From positions 479 through 64,478 of the IMG/VR virus record IMGVR_UViG_3300034061_003277: 64,000 nucleotides of DNA; one strand, written 5' to 3'. Position numbers and translations under genes: made by a program. This document shows positions 37,814 through 47,026 of the stretch, piece after piece (the first letter of the stretch is position 1; each line of letters starts with the position of its first letter). A model generated the notes under the pieces. It was not told where the DNA came from and searched no databases. It was given only the letters and a program-made list of their open reading frames with translations. This DNA comes from a virus (taxonomy: Duplodnaviria > Heunggongvirae > Uroviricota > Caudoviricetes).

Positions 37814-38098
37814 ATGAAAAGAACATTTTTTAACCCTAAAAAGATAAACTGGGCAAGAATTGCCCAAGCAGAATGGAGTAATATAAAAGACGATATTAGA
37901 GAGATGTATGGGGATAAGGCTATACGTACAACATATAATGACCAACGTGTATATGGTCGTCGTATTAAGTTTAGAACCCATCCAGATGTAAGTAGAGATG
38001 AAGTGATCGGATTTATTAAGGGTAAAGGATACATGGCAGAACGACATCCACAAGGATATGTCCTGGCATATTTTGGATCACCTGAAAGCTGGCTCTAA
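37814..38098 (+). CDS. hypothetical basic protein
   Basis: 94 aa. Confidence 0.45.
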   Translation: MKRTFFNPKKINWARIAQAEWSNIKDDIREMYGDKAIRTTYNDQRVYGRRIKFRTHPDVSRDEVIGFIKGKGYMAERHPQGYVLAYFGSPESWL

Positions 38099-38164
38099 AC
38101 TCTTAACCCTAGACTCTTAAATATAATACATTATCTTTATAGTATAAATTAAAAACATAAAACA

Positions 38165-38542
38165 ATGACAATTTCACTAACCCCATCAGAATCAGAAGAG
38201 TATTTTTACAACGCATTATGTAACGGCTTACATGAATTAGCAGGTAACGGTGTTGAACTTGATTTTGACAAAGATGATTTTGATTCATCACGAGCAACAT
38301 TAGGACCAAACGCACCATGTTTTGAAGACATATTGATGCAAATGTTACGTGATGGTTATAGATTAGATTTTATTGATGAGGAAGCAGAAGACACTGTATC
38401 AATCACAATGAATGATGTTCATGCAAAAGTACAAACAACAATACCACGCCATTTACTTGATATGATAAATGAACAAGACGATGCTGTAACAGCAGATGTT
38501 ATATTACAAACAGTTATATATGGTGAGGTTGTCTATGGATAA
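38165..38542 (+). CDS. hypothetical acidic protein
   Basis: 125 aa. Confidence 0.45.
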   Translation: MTISLTPSESEEYFYNALCNGLHELAGNGVELDFDKDDFDSSRATLGPNAPCFEDILMQMLRDGYRLDFIDEEAEDTVSITMNDVHAKVQTTIPRHLLDMINEQDDAVTADVILQTVIYGEVVYG

Positions 38543-38616
38543 CCTTAATCTTCTATCCTAGATTATTAGGTGTATTGTATTATCTTTATAGTATAAATTA
38601 AAAACATATAACATTT

Positions 38617-38808
38617 ATGGTAATTAAACGAGAACAATGTAAAGTAGATTCAATAACCACTAAATATAATGGTGAGGAATATACATACACCGAATGGACA
38701 TTTGACAATAATACAGTAGATTGGGAAGTGACAGATGAATATGGGACAGTAGTTCACGATGATAGAATTATCAATTTTATGGCGGATGAATATGAAGAAA
38801 CACTATAA
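38617..38808 (+). CDS. hypothetical protein
   Basis: 63 aa. Confidence 0.4.
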   Translation: MVIKREQCKVDSITTKYNGEEYTYTEWTFDNNTVDWEVTDEYGTVVHDDRIINFMADEYEETL

Positions 38809-38827
38809 TTAAAAAATACATAATAAA

Positions 38828-39049
38828 ATGGAACTACTGAAACATGAAGTTTATTCACAGACAATTGAAAACACTTACACAATCAACCACCCAACAGAAG
38901 GAGTATTGATCTATAAAGAATGGATTGATAGTAATGGTGGGGAATGTCTGGATTTTGTTTTACGAAGTAAGGATGGTTATGAGATTGATGAAGCAGTATT
39001 GATAGAAGAAATTCAGGAGTTTGTAGATAATTTAGAAACAATTAAATAA
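38828..39049 (+). CDS. hypothetical protein
   Basis: 73 aa. Confidence 0.4.
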   Translation: MELLKHEVYSQTIENTYTINHPTEGVLIYKEWIDSNGGECLDFVLRSKDGYEIDEAVLIEEIQEFVDNLETIK

Positions 39050-39051
39050 TT

Positions 39052-39318
39052 ATGATATACCTAACCTTAATGACCGGTGCAGCTTTGATCGTGCTGCACC
39101 GGAACAACAAAACATTTCATCTACGAAACCAAATCACAGATATGTGTGGTGAGTACACATTAAAACAGATACGTGATGGTGTCTATGATGATAACGCGTT
39201 AGAATGGTGTGATGATCAATTACCATCATATAATAAAATGGTATTGTCATTTCATAAACGATTACGTATCCAAGACTGGTTAACAACAGAACAAATCACT
39301 AAATTAAATAATATATGA
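39052..39318 (+). CDS. hypothetical protein
   Basis: 88 aa. Confidence 0.4.
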   Translation: MIYLTLMTGAALIVLHRNNKTFHLRNQITDMCGEYTLKQIRDGVYDDNALEWCDDQLPSYNKMVLSFHKRLRIQDWLTTEQITKLNNI

Positions 39319-39515
39319 ACGCAGATATTCACTTCACAGACGACCAAGGTAATGAATTTTATGTTGGGATAAGAAATGGCGAGTTAAGTCAAGTTTGGAA
39401 AAACAAAATGGACATAAGAGATTTTAGAGTTTATGTTGAAGAATTATATGACATAGAACCCAAACCTGGAATGTATATAGATGGTGATGAATGGGAACGT
39501 GAAATGGGTAGATAA
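39315..39515 (+). CDS. hypothetical protein
   Basis: 66 aa. Confidence 0.4.
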   Translation: MNADIHFTDDQGNEFYVGIRNGELSQVWKNKMDIRDFRVYVEELYDIEPKPGMYIDGDEWEREMGR

Positions 39516-39587
39516 TACCCATATTTTTATACCTAGACTTCTATATAAATTGTATTATCTTTATAGTATAAATTAAAAACATATAAT

Positions 39588-39812
39588 ATGGAACAATTAA
39601 AAATGTGGGTAGATGAGAACATGAATGTATTTTCACAATTAGATGAAAGTGAAATACAAGAACTCAACCCTGATTATTTAGATAATAATATAGTTAAGGA
39701 GTTAAAGACTAAACATAATATGAATAAACCATTTCTACATAATGGTATAGCCGTATATTACTATGACGGTGTAGTATGTGTAGAAAATATGGATGTGGAT
39801 GAGGAAAAATAA
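39588..39812 (+). CDS. hypothetical protein
   Basis: 74 aa. Confidence 0.4.
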   Translation: MEQLKMWVDENMNVFSQLDESEIQELNPDYLDNNIVKELKTKHNMNKPFLHNGIAVYYYDGVVCVENMDVDEEK

Positions 39813-39817
39813 ATGTT

Positions 39818-39848
39818 TAGGGCGCTAACATAGCGCCCTAACTTTTAT
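39818..39848 (+). terminator. rho-independent terminator
   Basis: ttagggcgct-aacat-agcgccctaa then cTTTTaT. Confidence 0.7.
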
Positions 39849-39900
39849 ACCTAGACTTTTAAGTATTATATATTATCTTTATAGTATAAATTAAAAACAT

Positions 39901-40167
39901 ATGAGTAAAAAAATCAAAATCGAACCACACCAAACAAGACGCATCACAGAACACAAAATGGCCTACGACTTAGGCTCACTAATCGGTACAGTGCAAGCAG
40001 TATTACAATACGACGCTGTTGATGAAACAGCGAAGCGTTCATTATTGAGAGTGTTACGTGAAATAGAAGATGGTGTGAGTGAGTATAGTAAGTCCCGTAT
40101 TGCTAAGTTAGAACAGTTAGCGGCTGAGAAAGGATTTGAATATTATATCCAAGACTCTCAATCCTAG
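39901..40167 (+). CDS. hypothetical protein
   Basis: 88 aa. Confidence 0.4.
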   Translation: MSKKIKIEPHQTRRITEHKMAYDLGSLIGTVQAVLQYDAVDETAKRSLLRVLREIEDGVSEYSKSRIAKLEQLAAEKGFEYYIQDSQS

Positions 40168-40237
40168 ATAAATAGGAGGATTATTATATCTTTATAGTAT
40201 AAATTAAAATAATAAAACACATAAAAAACAACACAAC

Positions 40238-40603
40238 ATGGGTAAATTAAAACAGTACGAAATTGAAGCAATCATTAGTGCCATTCATGATCAAATCTTA
40301 GACACAAATAAAAATAACAGACGTGACGAGTTCGCACCTGCCGAAACTAAATTATCAAAACTAATTAAACAGGAAAAGGAAGCATACGCGATTGCATCTA
40401 AATTGACCGAAAAGAGACGGAATTTATCAAACGAGTTAAGTAATGAATTAGACGCGTATTATTGTAACGTAAAAGAAAAATTCCAACCAAGACAAAACAT
40501 AAATAGATTAGAAATTAGAAACAAACTAATCTTATCACAAATTAGCCCAGACGCTAACATAGATCAAATTATCAAAGACATAGTTAAAACTTACACTAAA
40601 TAA
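40238..40603 (+). CDS. hypothetical protein
   Basis: 121 aa. Confidence 0.45.
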   Translation: MGKLKQYEIEAIISAIHDQILDTNKNNRRDEFAPAETKLSKLIKQEKEAYAIASKLTEKRRNLSNELSNELDAYYCNVKEKFQPRQNINRLEIRNKLILSQISPDANIDQIIKDIVKTYTK

Positions 40604-40611
40604 TATAAAAC

Positions 40612-40830
40612 ATGACACAACAGTACGTTATTGACACATTAGCAGAAAACGGATTCACATCTGAACACTATGACCAAGGAATGGAAATGGGTAGTGAGCA
40701 GTGGATGGACATAGTAGAAACCATAACAGGTAAGAACGCATACGACGACTCCGTATTGACAGAGGACGATAATAAAACGATATGGGAGTTCCGAGTAGTA
40801 ATGGGTGAGTTAGGTATTGAATGTTGGTAA
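40612..40830 (+). CDS. hypothetical acidic protein
   Basis: 72 aa. Confidence 0.4.
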   Translation: MTQQYVIDTLAENGFTSEHYDQGMEMGSEQWMDIVETITGKNAYDDSVLTEDDNKTIWEFRVVMGELGIECW

Positions 40831-40903
40831 ACACTTTAATCTTTATACCTAGATTAAGGAGCAAACTATATTATCTTTATAGTATAATTAAAAAATAATA
40901 ATA

Positions 40904-41242
40904 ATGAAAGTTTATTCACCACAACCGAACAATGAATTGTTCAAAGTAACTAACTTAAAAGCGTTTACAACAAAACGTTTAACTAAATCACACCCGATGT
41001 GGGATGTATTAGACAAAATCGCAACACACTTAAAAATAAATGATGAACCATTAACAAAAATATATGGTCACATATACTTTAATGAGAGTGGAGGTAGTTT
41101 TGATGAACAAGACCAAACATTGTATGTGTATGTAGCAGGTGATAGTGAAGTGAGTATTACTAAATCATTAACAACATTTAGTAGAGGATATCAGAGTAAA
41201 AGTGGATGGGGTATTAAGAAATGGAATGAAATAAAACCATAA
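40904..41242 (+). CDS. hypothetical protein
   Basis: 112 aa. Confidence 0.45.
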   Translation: MKVYSPQPNNELFKVTNLKAFTTKRLTKSHPMWDVLDKIATHLKINDEPLTKIYGHIYFNESGGSFDEQDQTLYVYVAGDSEVSITKSLTTFSRGYQSKSGWGIKKWNEIKP

Positions 41243-41309
41243 CTTTTATACCTAGATTAAAGAATATATTGTATTATCTTTATAGTATAAATTAAAAACA
41301 TATAATAAT

Positions 41310-41504
41310 ATGAAGTATTACGTAACAGAAATCATCCCAGCCACAATTGTTAGAAAATATGTTGTGGAGGCAGAAACAGAATCGGAAGCAGTTGAATTGG
41401 TAAGTGAGGGAGGTAAGGGGTGGTATAAAGAAACTATTAAGGAACACCAAGACGATGCTGAGTTTGTGGCGCGTGAAAGCTTTGAAATAGATAACCAAAA
41501 ATAA
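41310..41504 (+). CDS. hypothetical protein
   Basis: 64 aa. Confidence 0.4.
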   Translation: MKYYVTEIIPATIVRKYVVEAETESEAVELVSEGGKGWYKETIKEHQDDAEFVARESFEIDNQK

Positions 41505-41747
41505 TACCAGAATAAAACATGTATAGTTTAGATTGTAGTTATTATACAAAGTCATTTACAACATTGAATGAGTTAATAAATGATATAGCAATGTCCGGTA
41601 TGGACCCGAACTATGAAGTAACATTTAATGGTGAGGGAATAGGGGAAAAAGCAATTGATTTCCTAAACTTTTAATCCTAGATTCTCAAGTGTTATATATT
41701 ATCTTTATAATATAAGAAAAAATAATAAATAATTAAATAACAGTAAC

Positions 41748-41960
41748 ATGACAATTTCAGAACTAATCCAAAACTTAACAGAATTAAAAGCAGAACATGG
41801 CGACGTGGAAGTAGTATTATCAGTAAATGACCATACCGACTACACATACAATTTTGAACACCCAGGATTTGATATCGGACCGGTGTATGACGAAGAATTT
41901 GAGAGTGAAGATGAAGACGGGAACGAAATCGACTATTGTGTATGTGAAATTAGTATATAA
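41748..41960 (+). CDS. hypothetical acidic protein
   Basis: 70 aa. Confidence 0.4.
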   Translation: MTISELIQNLTELKAEHGDVEVVLSVNDHTDYTYNFEHPGFDIGPVYDEEFESEDEDGNEIDYCVCEISI

Positions 41961-41989
41961 TATAGGTAAATAACCAAAATAGAACAATT

Positions 41990-42169
41990 ATGGCGAATAA
42001 TAATAGATCAAGTGGGATCGGGTTTGGAACGATATTATTTCTAATATTCCTAACTCTAAAACTAACAAATTATATTGATTGGAGTTGGTGGTGGATATTT
42101 AGTCCGTTGTGGATACCATTATTAGTAGCGGGGATATTGATATTGATTGTTATTAAGAGTAATAAATAA
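41990..42169 (+). CDS. 59-aa Trp-rich membrane protein (not in track)
   Basis: MANNNRSSGIGFGTILFLIFLTLKLTNYIDWSWWWIFSPLWIPLLVAGILILIVI. Confidence 0.35.
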   Translation: MANNNRSSGIGFGTILFLIFLTLKLTNYIDWSWWWIFSPLWIPLLVAGILILIVIKSNK

Positions 42170-42173
42170 TAAT

Positions 42174-42401
42174 ATGAAAGAACAAAACATGACCCCGGTT
42201 GAGTGGTTAGTAGATAGATGGATTGAACGTGGCACATTAGATCGTTGTGACATTAATAAAGCTAAATTGATGGAACAAAAAACAATAATCAACTATAACA
42301 AACGAGGTACATATATTCTATCGAATATCGAGTTAGTTATTTTAGGTGTGATTATAACCATTATAGGGGTGTTAATATCGATTTTAGTTGTATTGTCATA
42401 A
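42174..42401 (+). CDS. membrane-anchored relative of the QTAVEWL family (ATG 42174)
   Basis: MKEQNMTPVEWLVDRW...AKLMEQK... then a C-terminal TM helix. Confidence 0.4.
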   Translation: MKEQNMTPVEWLVDRWIERGTLDRCDINKAKLMEQKTIINYNKRGTYILSNIELVILGVIITIIGVLISILVVLS

Positions 42402-42846
42402 TAAAATGTTGAACCATTTTTAATATAAATAATACAAATGTGACAAACATATGTGAGTGTGTTATAGGGAGACTATGTGGTGTGGTGGGTATGTGATGAA
42501 CGGGTGATGAATGGGTGGTATGGAGTGGTGCGGTAGTGACTTGACATCGCCTGTTCAGAACAGATCTTAACCATAACAAAAAATATATACAAAAATAAAA
42601 AACCAAAACAAAAAAATAAAAATAAAAGAAAATTAAAAAACAAAAGAAAAAAAAACCAAAAATTTTTAACCTAGATAAAGGGGTGAGTTAATATATCTTT
42701 ATAGTATAAATTTAATAAATAATAATATGAAAAAAGTATTGACCTGGGCTGAATTAGAAAGAATAGAGGAGTTTTACCAAGACTTTCAGCCCTAGATAAA
42801 TAGGGAAATAGTATTATCTTTATAGTAATAAATTAAATTAACACAC

Positions 42847-43053
42847 ATGATTAAAATTAGTGATTTAGGACCCGGATACAGTATATTCGGAAACAAAGGA
42901 AATGTATGGAGCAACACAGCACACGCCTACAAAAGCGGAGTAGGTAATGTATGCGGCACACCAGCACTATCGAATAACTGGGCTAGGATAGAAGGGCTAA
43001 CGCATGTAGGGTGCCCGGAGTGTATAGAGAAATTAAAAGAAAATAACCATTAA
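42847..43053 (+). CDS. hypothetical Cys-containing small protein
   Basis: 68 aa; CGT...CPEC. Confidence 0.4.
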   Translation: MIKISDLGPGYSIFGNKGNVWSNTAHAYKSGVGNVCGTPALSNNWARIEGLTHVGCPECIEKLKENNH

Positions 43054-43215
43054 TTTCATACCTAGGTAAATAGGGAGATTAATATATCTTTATAGTATAA
43101 GAAAAAAAAATAAAGTGTATAGGTAATCATGTTACGTGAGCATGAAACAGGATTACAGTGAAGTAATAAGTTGAAATACGCCTATACACTTTATACCATA
43201 ATAAAATAAATTATA

Positions 43216-43389
43216 TGAAAGACAACACAGACATCAAGATTTTAGTTATGTGCGTAGCAGCATTTGTGATATCAACATTAGGGATAGTAGTATCGCCTAC
43301 AATAATGTCACAAATATTTTTCGCCGTTATTGATTTATTCATTGCTATTTTGATTATGTTTTTATTAGGTGAGATTAGAAAACCATAAC
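43216..43389 (+). CDS. 57-aa membrane protein (not in track; preferred over minus ORF 43211-43396)
   Basis: MKDNTDIKILVMCVAAFVISTLGIVVSPTIMSQIFFAVIDLFIAILIMFLLGEIRKP. Confidence 0.35.
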
Positions 43390-43458
43390 TATCCATCTTA
43401 GACTTTTGAGTAAATTATTATATCTTTATATTAATAAAATAAATTAATAATTAAAGTT

Positions 43459-43716
43459 ATGGCCAACAAAAAAGGTAGTTATGAATTAGTAGAAAGTGTA
43501 ATGGTAGATTGTTATGGTGGTGGTTTAGGTGAGTATAATGAGAAGGTGATGAATGATTTTTATAGTAGTTTTGAGAAGGGTGTTGATGTGAGTAAAAATA
43601 AGTTTTTTGAGTTTTGTAATAAGTATATAGATGATGTAAGTGAGAGATATTATATTAGATTAAATTGGGAGTTTATTATTAGTGGTGGTGATGAGAGTGT
43701 TTATGAGGAATGTTAA
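43459..43716 (+). CDS. hypothetical protein
   Basis: 85 aa. Confidence 0.4.
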   Translation: MANKKGSYELVESVMVDCYGGGLGEYNEKVMNDFYSSFEKGVDVSKNKFFEFCNKYIDDVSERYYIRLNWEFIISGGDESVYEEC

Positions 43717-43721
43717 ATTAA

Positions 43722-43745
43722 GGGGGCAAATGCCCCCACTTTTTA
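43722..43745 (+). terminator. rho-independent terminator
   Basis: gggggc-aaat-gccccc then acTTTTTaT. Confidence 0.7.
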
Positions 43746-43806
43746 TCCTAGACTAGAAAATGAGTTATTATATCTTTATAGTATAAATTAAAATAATATA
43801 AATAGT

Positions 43807-43995
43807 ATGTACCAAGAACTAAACACCTTTATTATCTTTCCAGAATCAAATAACATTTTTAATTATGTTACGTTTAAATGTCTCCCCGACGAATTAAATA
43901 ATATGTTAATTAAGGAGGAAATGATTGGTCCGGAATATCATTATTCCGAGTTCAGTTGGGTTATTTTTAAGGACGGAGAAATGATTCAGGGTTAA
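43807..43995 (+). CDS. hypothetical protein
   Basis: 62 aa. Confidence 0.4.
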   Translation: MYQELNTFIIFPESNNIFNYVTFKCLPDELNNMLIKEEMIGPEYHYSEFSWVIFKDGEMIQG

Positions 43996-44083
43996 CACCT
44001 GAATTATTCGTCCTAGATAATTAAGCGATATATAATATCTTTATATTAATAAAATAAATTAATAACTAAATAATTAGCACACC

Positions 44084-44260
44084 ATGCAAAGCGAACTACA
44101 AAAACTTATTAGCAGTTTAATTCAAAACGGTATCAACCAAGATCAAATTGATGCGTTCACAGCATTATATAACGAAGCAGTAAAGTTAAAGTTTGAAGTG
44201 GACGACATTGACCAGTACGAACAAGACGGACCATTATATGTTACATTAAAAATAAAATAA
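44084..44260 (+). CDS. 58-aa ORF (not in track)
   Basis: MQSELQKLISSLIQNGINQDQIDAFTALYNEAVKL...; class-II promoter upstream. Confidence 0.3.
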   Translation: MQSELQKLISSLIQNGINQDQIDAFTALYNEAVKLKFEVDDIDQYEQDGPLYVTLKIK

Positions 44261-44333
44261 TAACCATAACTTTCACACCTAGGTTATTAAGTAGTATATA
44301 ATATCTTTATAGTATAAATTAAAATAATAAAAA

Positions 44334-44510
44334 ATGTACAATCCAAAATCAACTAATCCGTTTAAAGCATTTGCCGTGTTCGTAGCTATCATAACCACAC
44401 TATTTCTAGTTGGGTGTAGCACACCACAACACGGTTACAATTATAAGTCGCATTCAAAACACCGTAACACTGGACCAAGTAAGTGTTATAAGCAACATAA
44501 TAAGTGGTAA
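44334..44510 (+). CDS. 58-aa lipoprotein-like ORF (not in track)
   Basis: MYNPKSTNPFKAFAVFVAIITTLFLVGCSTPQHG... (lipobox LVGC). Confidence 0.3.
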   Translation: MYNPKSTNPFKAFAVFVAIITTLFLVGCSTPQHGYNYKSHSKHRNTGPSKCYKQHNKW

Positions 44511-44606
44511 GGAAATAATAACCATATATTTCACACCTAGAAAATTAAGTTTTATATTATATCTTTATATTAATAAATTAAAATAATAAATAAATAATTA
44601 AAAATT

Positions 44607-44924
44607 ATGGAACAAACAAACACACCACAACTAGGCCGACCAGTTAATCCAAACAGCCGCCGCCAACAAGAATTAGCCGCTAAAGCGGAGCGCAGAGCAT
44701 TAGGGTTAGTTAAACGAGGACGCCCAGTAGTTGAAGGTAGCAAACGCCAATTAGAATTGGAAGCCAAAATGGAGCGAATGATTAGTAATGGTGGGGTGGT
44801 TAGACGCGGCCGACCAGTTAATGGTGAGAGTAAGCGCCAACAACTATTAAACGCCAGAGCGGAATTGGCCGCTCTGGGTATTGTAAGAACACCGGGACGA
44901 CCAAAAGTGGTTATTGCGGAGTAA
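44607..44924 (+). CDS. AT-hook-like repeat DNA-binding protein
   Basis: Three repeats of (G)RPV(N/V)..SKRQ..L.AKAER (LGRPVNPNSRRQQELAAKAERR / RGRPVVEGSKRQLELEAKMERM / RGRPVNGESKRQQLLNARAEL) plus terminal PGRPK; locally GC-rich. Confidence 0.5.
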   Translation: MEQTNTPQLGRPVNPNSRRQQELAAKAERRALGLVKRGRPVVEGSKRQLELEAKMERMISNGGVVRRGRPVNGESKRQQLLNARAELAALGIVRTPGRPKVVIAE

Positions 44925-45462
44925 TTTAATTATTTTATTAAGGGGGGGTGGGCGCCGCAATGGCGCCTATCTCTGTCCCGTACCGCGTACGTACGCGTAT
45001 ACCACAACCCATATATATACCACGCGCGCTGCTATCCATACGCGGGTGCGGTGATACCGCTACCGGGATGGACGTATTAAGATATAAAGTATAATTATAG
45101 TGGGTAGGGTTTGTATATACTTATATACTTTGAGCCCACACCACATACCATACCACATCATCACATCTCTTAACCATTACATCACCCTATATTAACTGCT
45201 GGGGTGTAAATTTTGGTATACGCCTTTTACACATGATTTCAAAGAACTAAAAGTAACTAGTAATAAAAATTTTACCCAGTAGCAAAAATATATACGTATC
45301 TACCACCCGTTGTGTTAACATGCTACATACTACGTTCTGTTTATCCTCTCTCTCTTTTCCCGTATTCCAAATATAACATGTATATGAGAACAGGCCAAGC
45401 TTAAAACAAAAAAAGTTTTTAAATTTGGCTCCACATAACCCCTTTATATATTCAGCAGTAAT

Positions 45463-45801
45463 ATGCATTTACTAATAGGAATACTCTTTGGTATGTTAGC
45501 CCAGGCGCTAACGTTCCTACAGTTACAGGGCCAAATGAGATACACGTGGTTTAAAAACAACTACTGGTTAGTAGTCCTAATGGGAATACCTATATCAATG
45601 TTATTTATGTACTCAGTTAAAAACATGATAACCTTTTTTAACGGCCAGATGTGGCCATCGCGCCTCATAGGTTTTTCCATTGGTACAATAGTGTTTATCA
45701 TTATGTCGTATGCTCTTTTCCGCGAGCCGGTTACCACTAAAACGTTTATATGCTTGGTATTAAGCGTAGTAATACTGTGTATTCAATTATTCATGAAGTG
45801 A
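45463..45801 (+). CDS. membrane protein (3 TM)
   Basis: 112 aa, hydrophobic. Confidence 0.45.
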   Translation: MHLLIGILFGMLAQALTFLQLQGQMRYTWFKNNYWLVVLMGIPISMLFMYSVKNMITFFNGQMWPSRLIGFSIGTIVFIIMSYALFREPVTTKTFICLVLSVVILCIQLFMK

Positions 45802-45975
45802 TACGCTAATTGATTTAAAGCGTTTTATACACCCTATAGTATCAAAAGTATATACGGATATCTGGATGAAGGTGCGAAGTGTGAGGGTGTGTGCATGGCC
45901 TAGTAGAGAGCCTTTTTTTGCCCTAAGTTTGTAAACTGTAAATTTAGATGTTATCTTTACAATAAAATAAAAGTT

Positions 45976-46539
45976 ATGAGTAAAAAAGGATTAAAACACA
46001 ATGTAGCAAATTTTGTAGGTGATTCAATGGATGCATATAAATCCGATCCTACGGGTTATGTAGTAACAGCAGCAGCTGGTGCCGTGGTTGCTAATCATGT
46101 TGGTAAACATATTGTTAAACCATTAATTTCAATTGCCTCACCTATTGTTTGGCCACTTGTTGCTATTGGATGGTTATGGTTAGGTTGGGGTTATGTTTTA
46201 TCTAAAATCTTTAAAAACAACTTTATCAGTTATACTTTAGCTACAGTACCATATGGTTTATTCTTTTATCTATGTTACTTAGGATTAACACCTAACGTTA
46301 TATTAGCTAACATGATTATAGCTGGTGTTGGATTCTTTGGAGGCATCGCTTGGATATCATACCAGCTAAAGAAATTATGGCATGGTGAACCAGAGGTTAT
46401 AGATTATTCAAAACCAGTATGGGATGCTGATCGTGGGTGTTATTATCAATTTAATTCTAAGACTAAAAAGTATCATTACTTTACTATGTATCCTGATGGA
46501 TCTAGATATGAATGGTATACTAGAGATATGCCTTTCTAA
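45976..46539 (+). CDS. membrane protein
   Basis: 187 aa, several hydrophobic helices, W/Y-rich tail. Confidence 0.45.
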   Translation: MSKKGLKHNVANFVGDSMDAYKSDPTGYVVTAAAGAVVANHVGKHIVKPLISIASPIVWPLVAIGWLWLGWGYVLSKIFKNNFISYTLATVPYGLFFYLCYLGLTPNVILANMIIAGVGFFGGIAWISYQLKKLWHGEPEVIDYSKPVWDADRGCYYQFNSKTKKYHYFTMYPDGSRYEWYTRDMPF

Positions 46540-46552
46540 TATTTATTAATAT

Positions 46553-47023
46553 ATGGAATTAGTTTCAACTTACATTTGTAAAAAAAGTGATATAGGAGTA
46601 CACGACAATATGTTCGGAGGTACTCTTTTGTCATTAATAGACGATGCCTCAGCTTCATACGCTGCTCAAATCTGTGATACCCCACGTATGATCACTATTA
46701 AAATTAGTGAATTACTATTTAAAAGACCTGTTAAAGTAGGTTCAATATTAAAAATATATGCTAAAGTTAGTGAGTTTGGGACTACATCTATTGGTTTATA
46801 TGTAGAGGTAAGAAAACATAATGTTTATACTGGTGGGCAAGAAATTGTTACTCACACTAATATTAAATTTGTTCGTATTGATGAAGATGGAAAACCTATT
46901 CCTATTTTACCATATGTAAAAGATAGATATTATGAGAGAATAGATAAATATGGTCAAGGGTTATTAACTAAAAATAATATTCACCCTGTAATAGAAGAAT
47001 CATTTGTAAAATCAAATAATTAG
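46553..47023 (+). CDS. hotdog-fold acyl-CoA thioesterase-like protein (YciA/4HBT-type)
   Basis: HDNMFGGTLLSLIDDASA resembles the thioesterase 'GG.LM...D.A' active-site region; ~150 aa. Confidence 0.45.
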   Translation: MELVSTYICKKSDIGVHDNMFGGTLLSLIDDASASYAAQICDTPRMITIKISELLFKRPVKVGSILKIYAKVSEFGTTSIGLYVEVRKHNVYTGGQEIVTHTNIKFVRIDEDGKPIPILPYVKDRYYERIDKYGQGLLTKNNIHPVIEESFVKSNN

Positions 47024-47026
47024 TAT

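Noticed and set aside
17990-44606. The ~33 regularly recurring 35-45-nt repeats as a possible CRISPR array
   Set aside because: Repeat spacing is irregular (200-800 bp), the intervening 'spacers' are protein-coding genes, and every repeat ends ~10 nt before an ATG. These are promoters, not CRISPR repeats.
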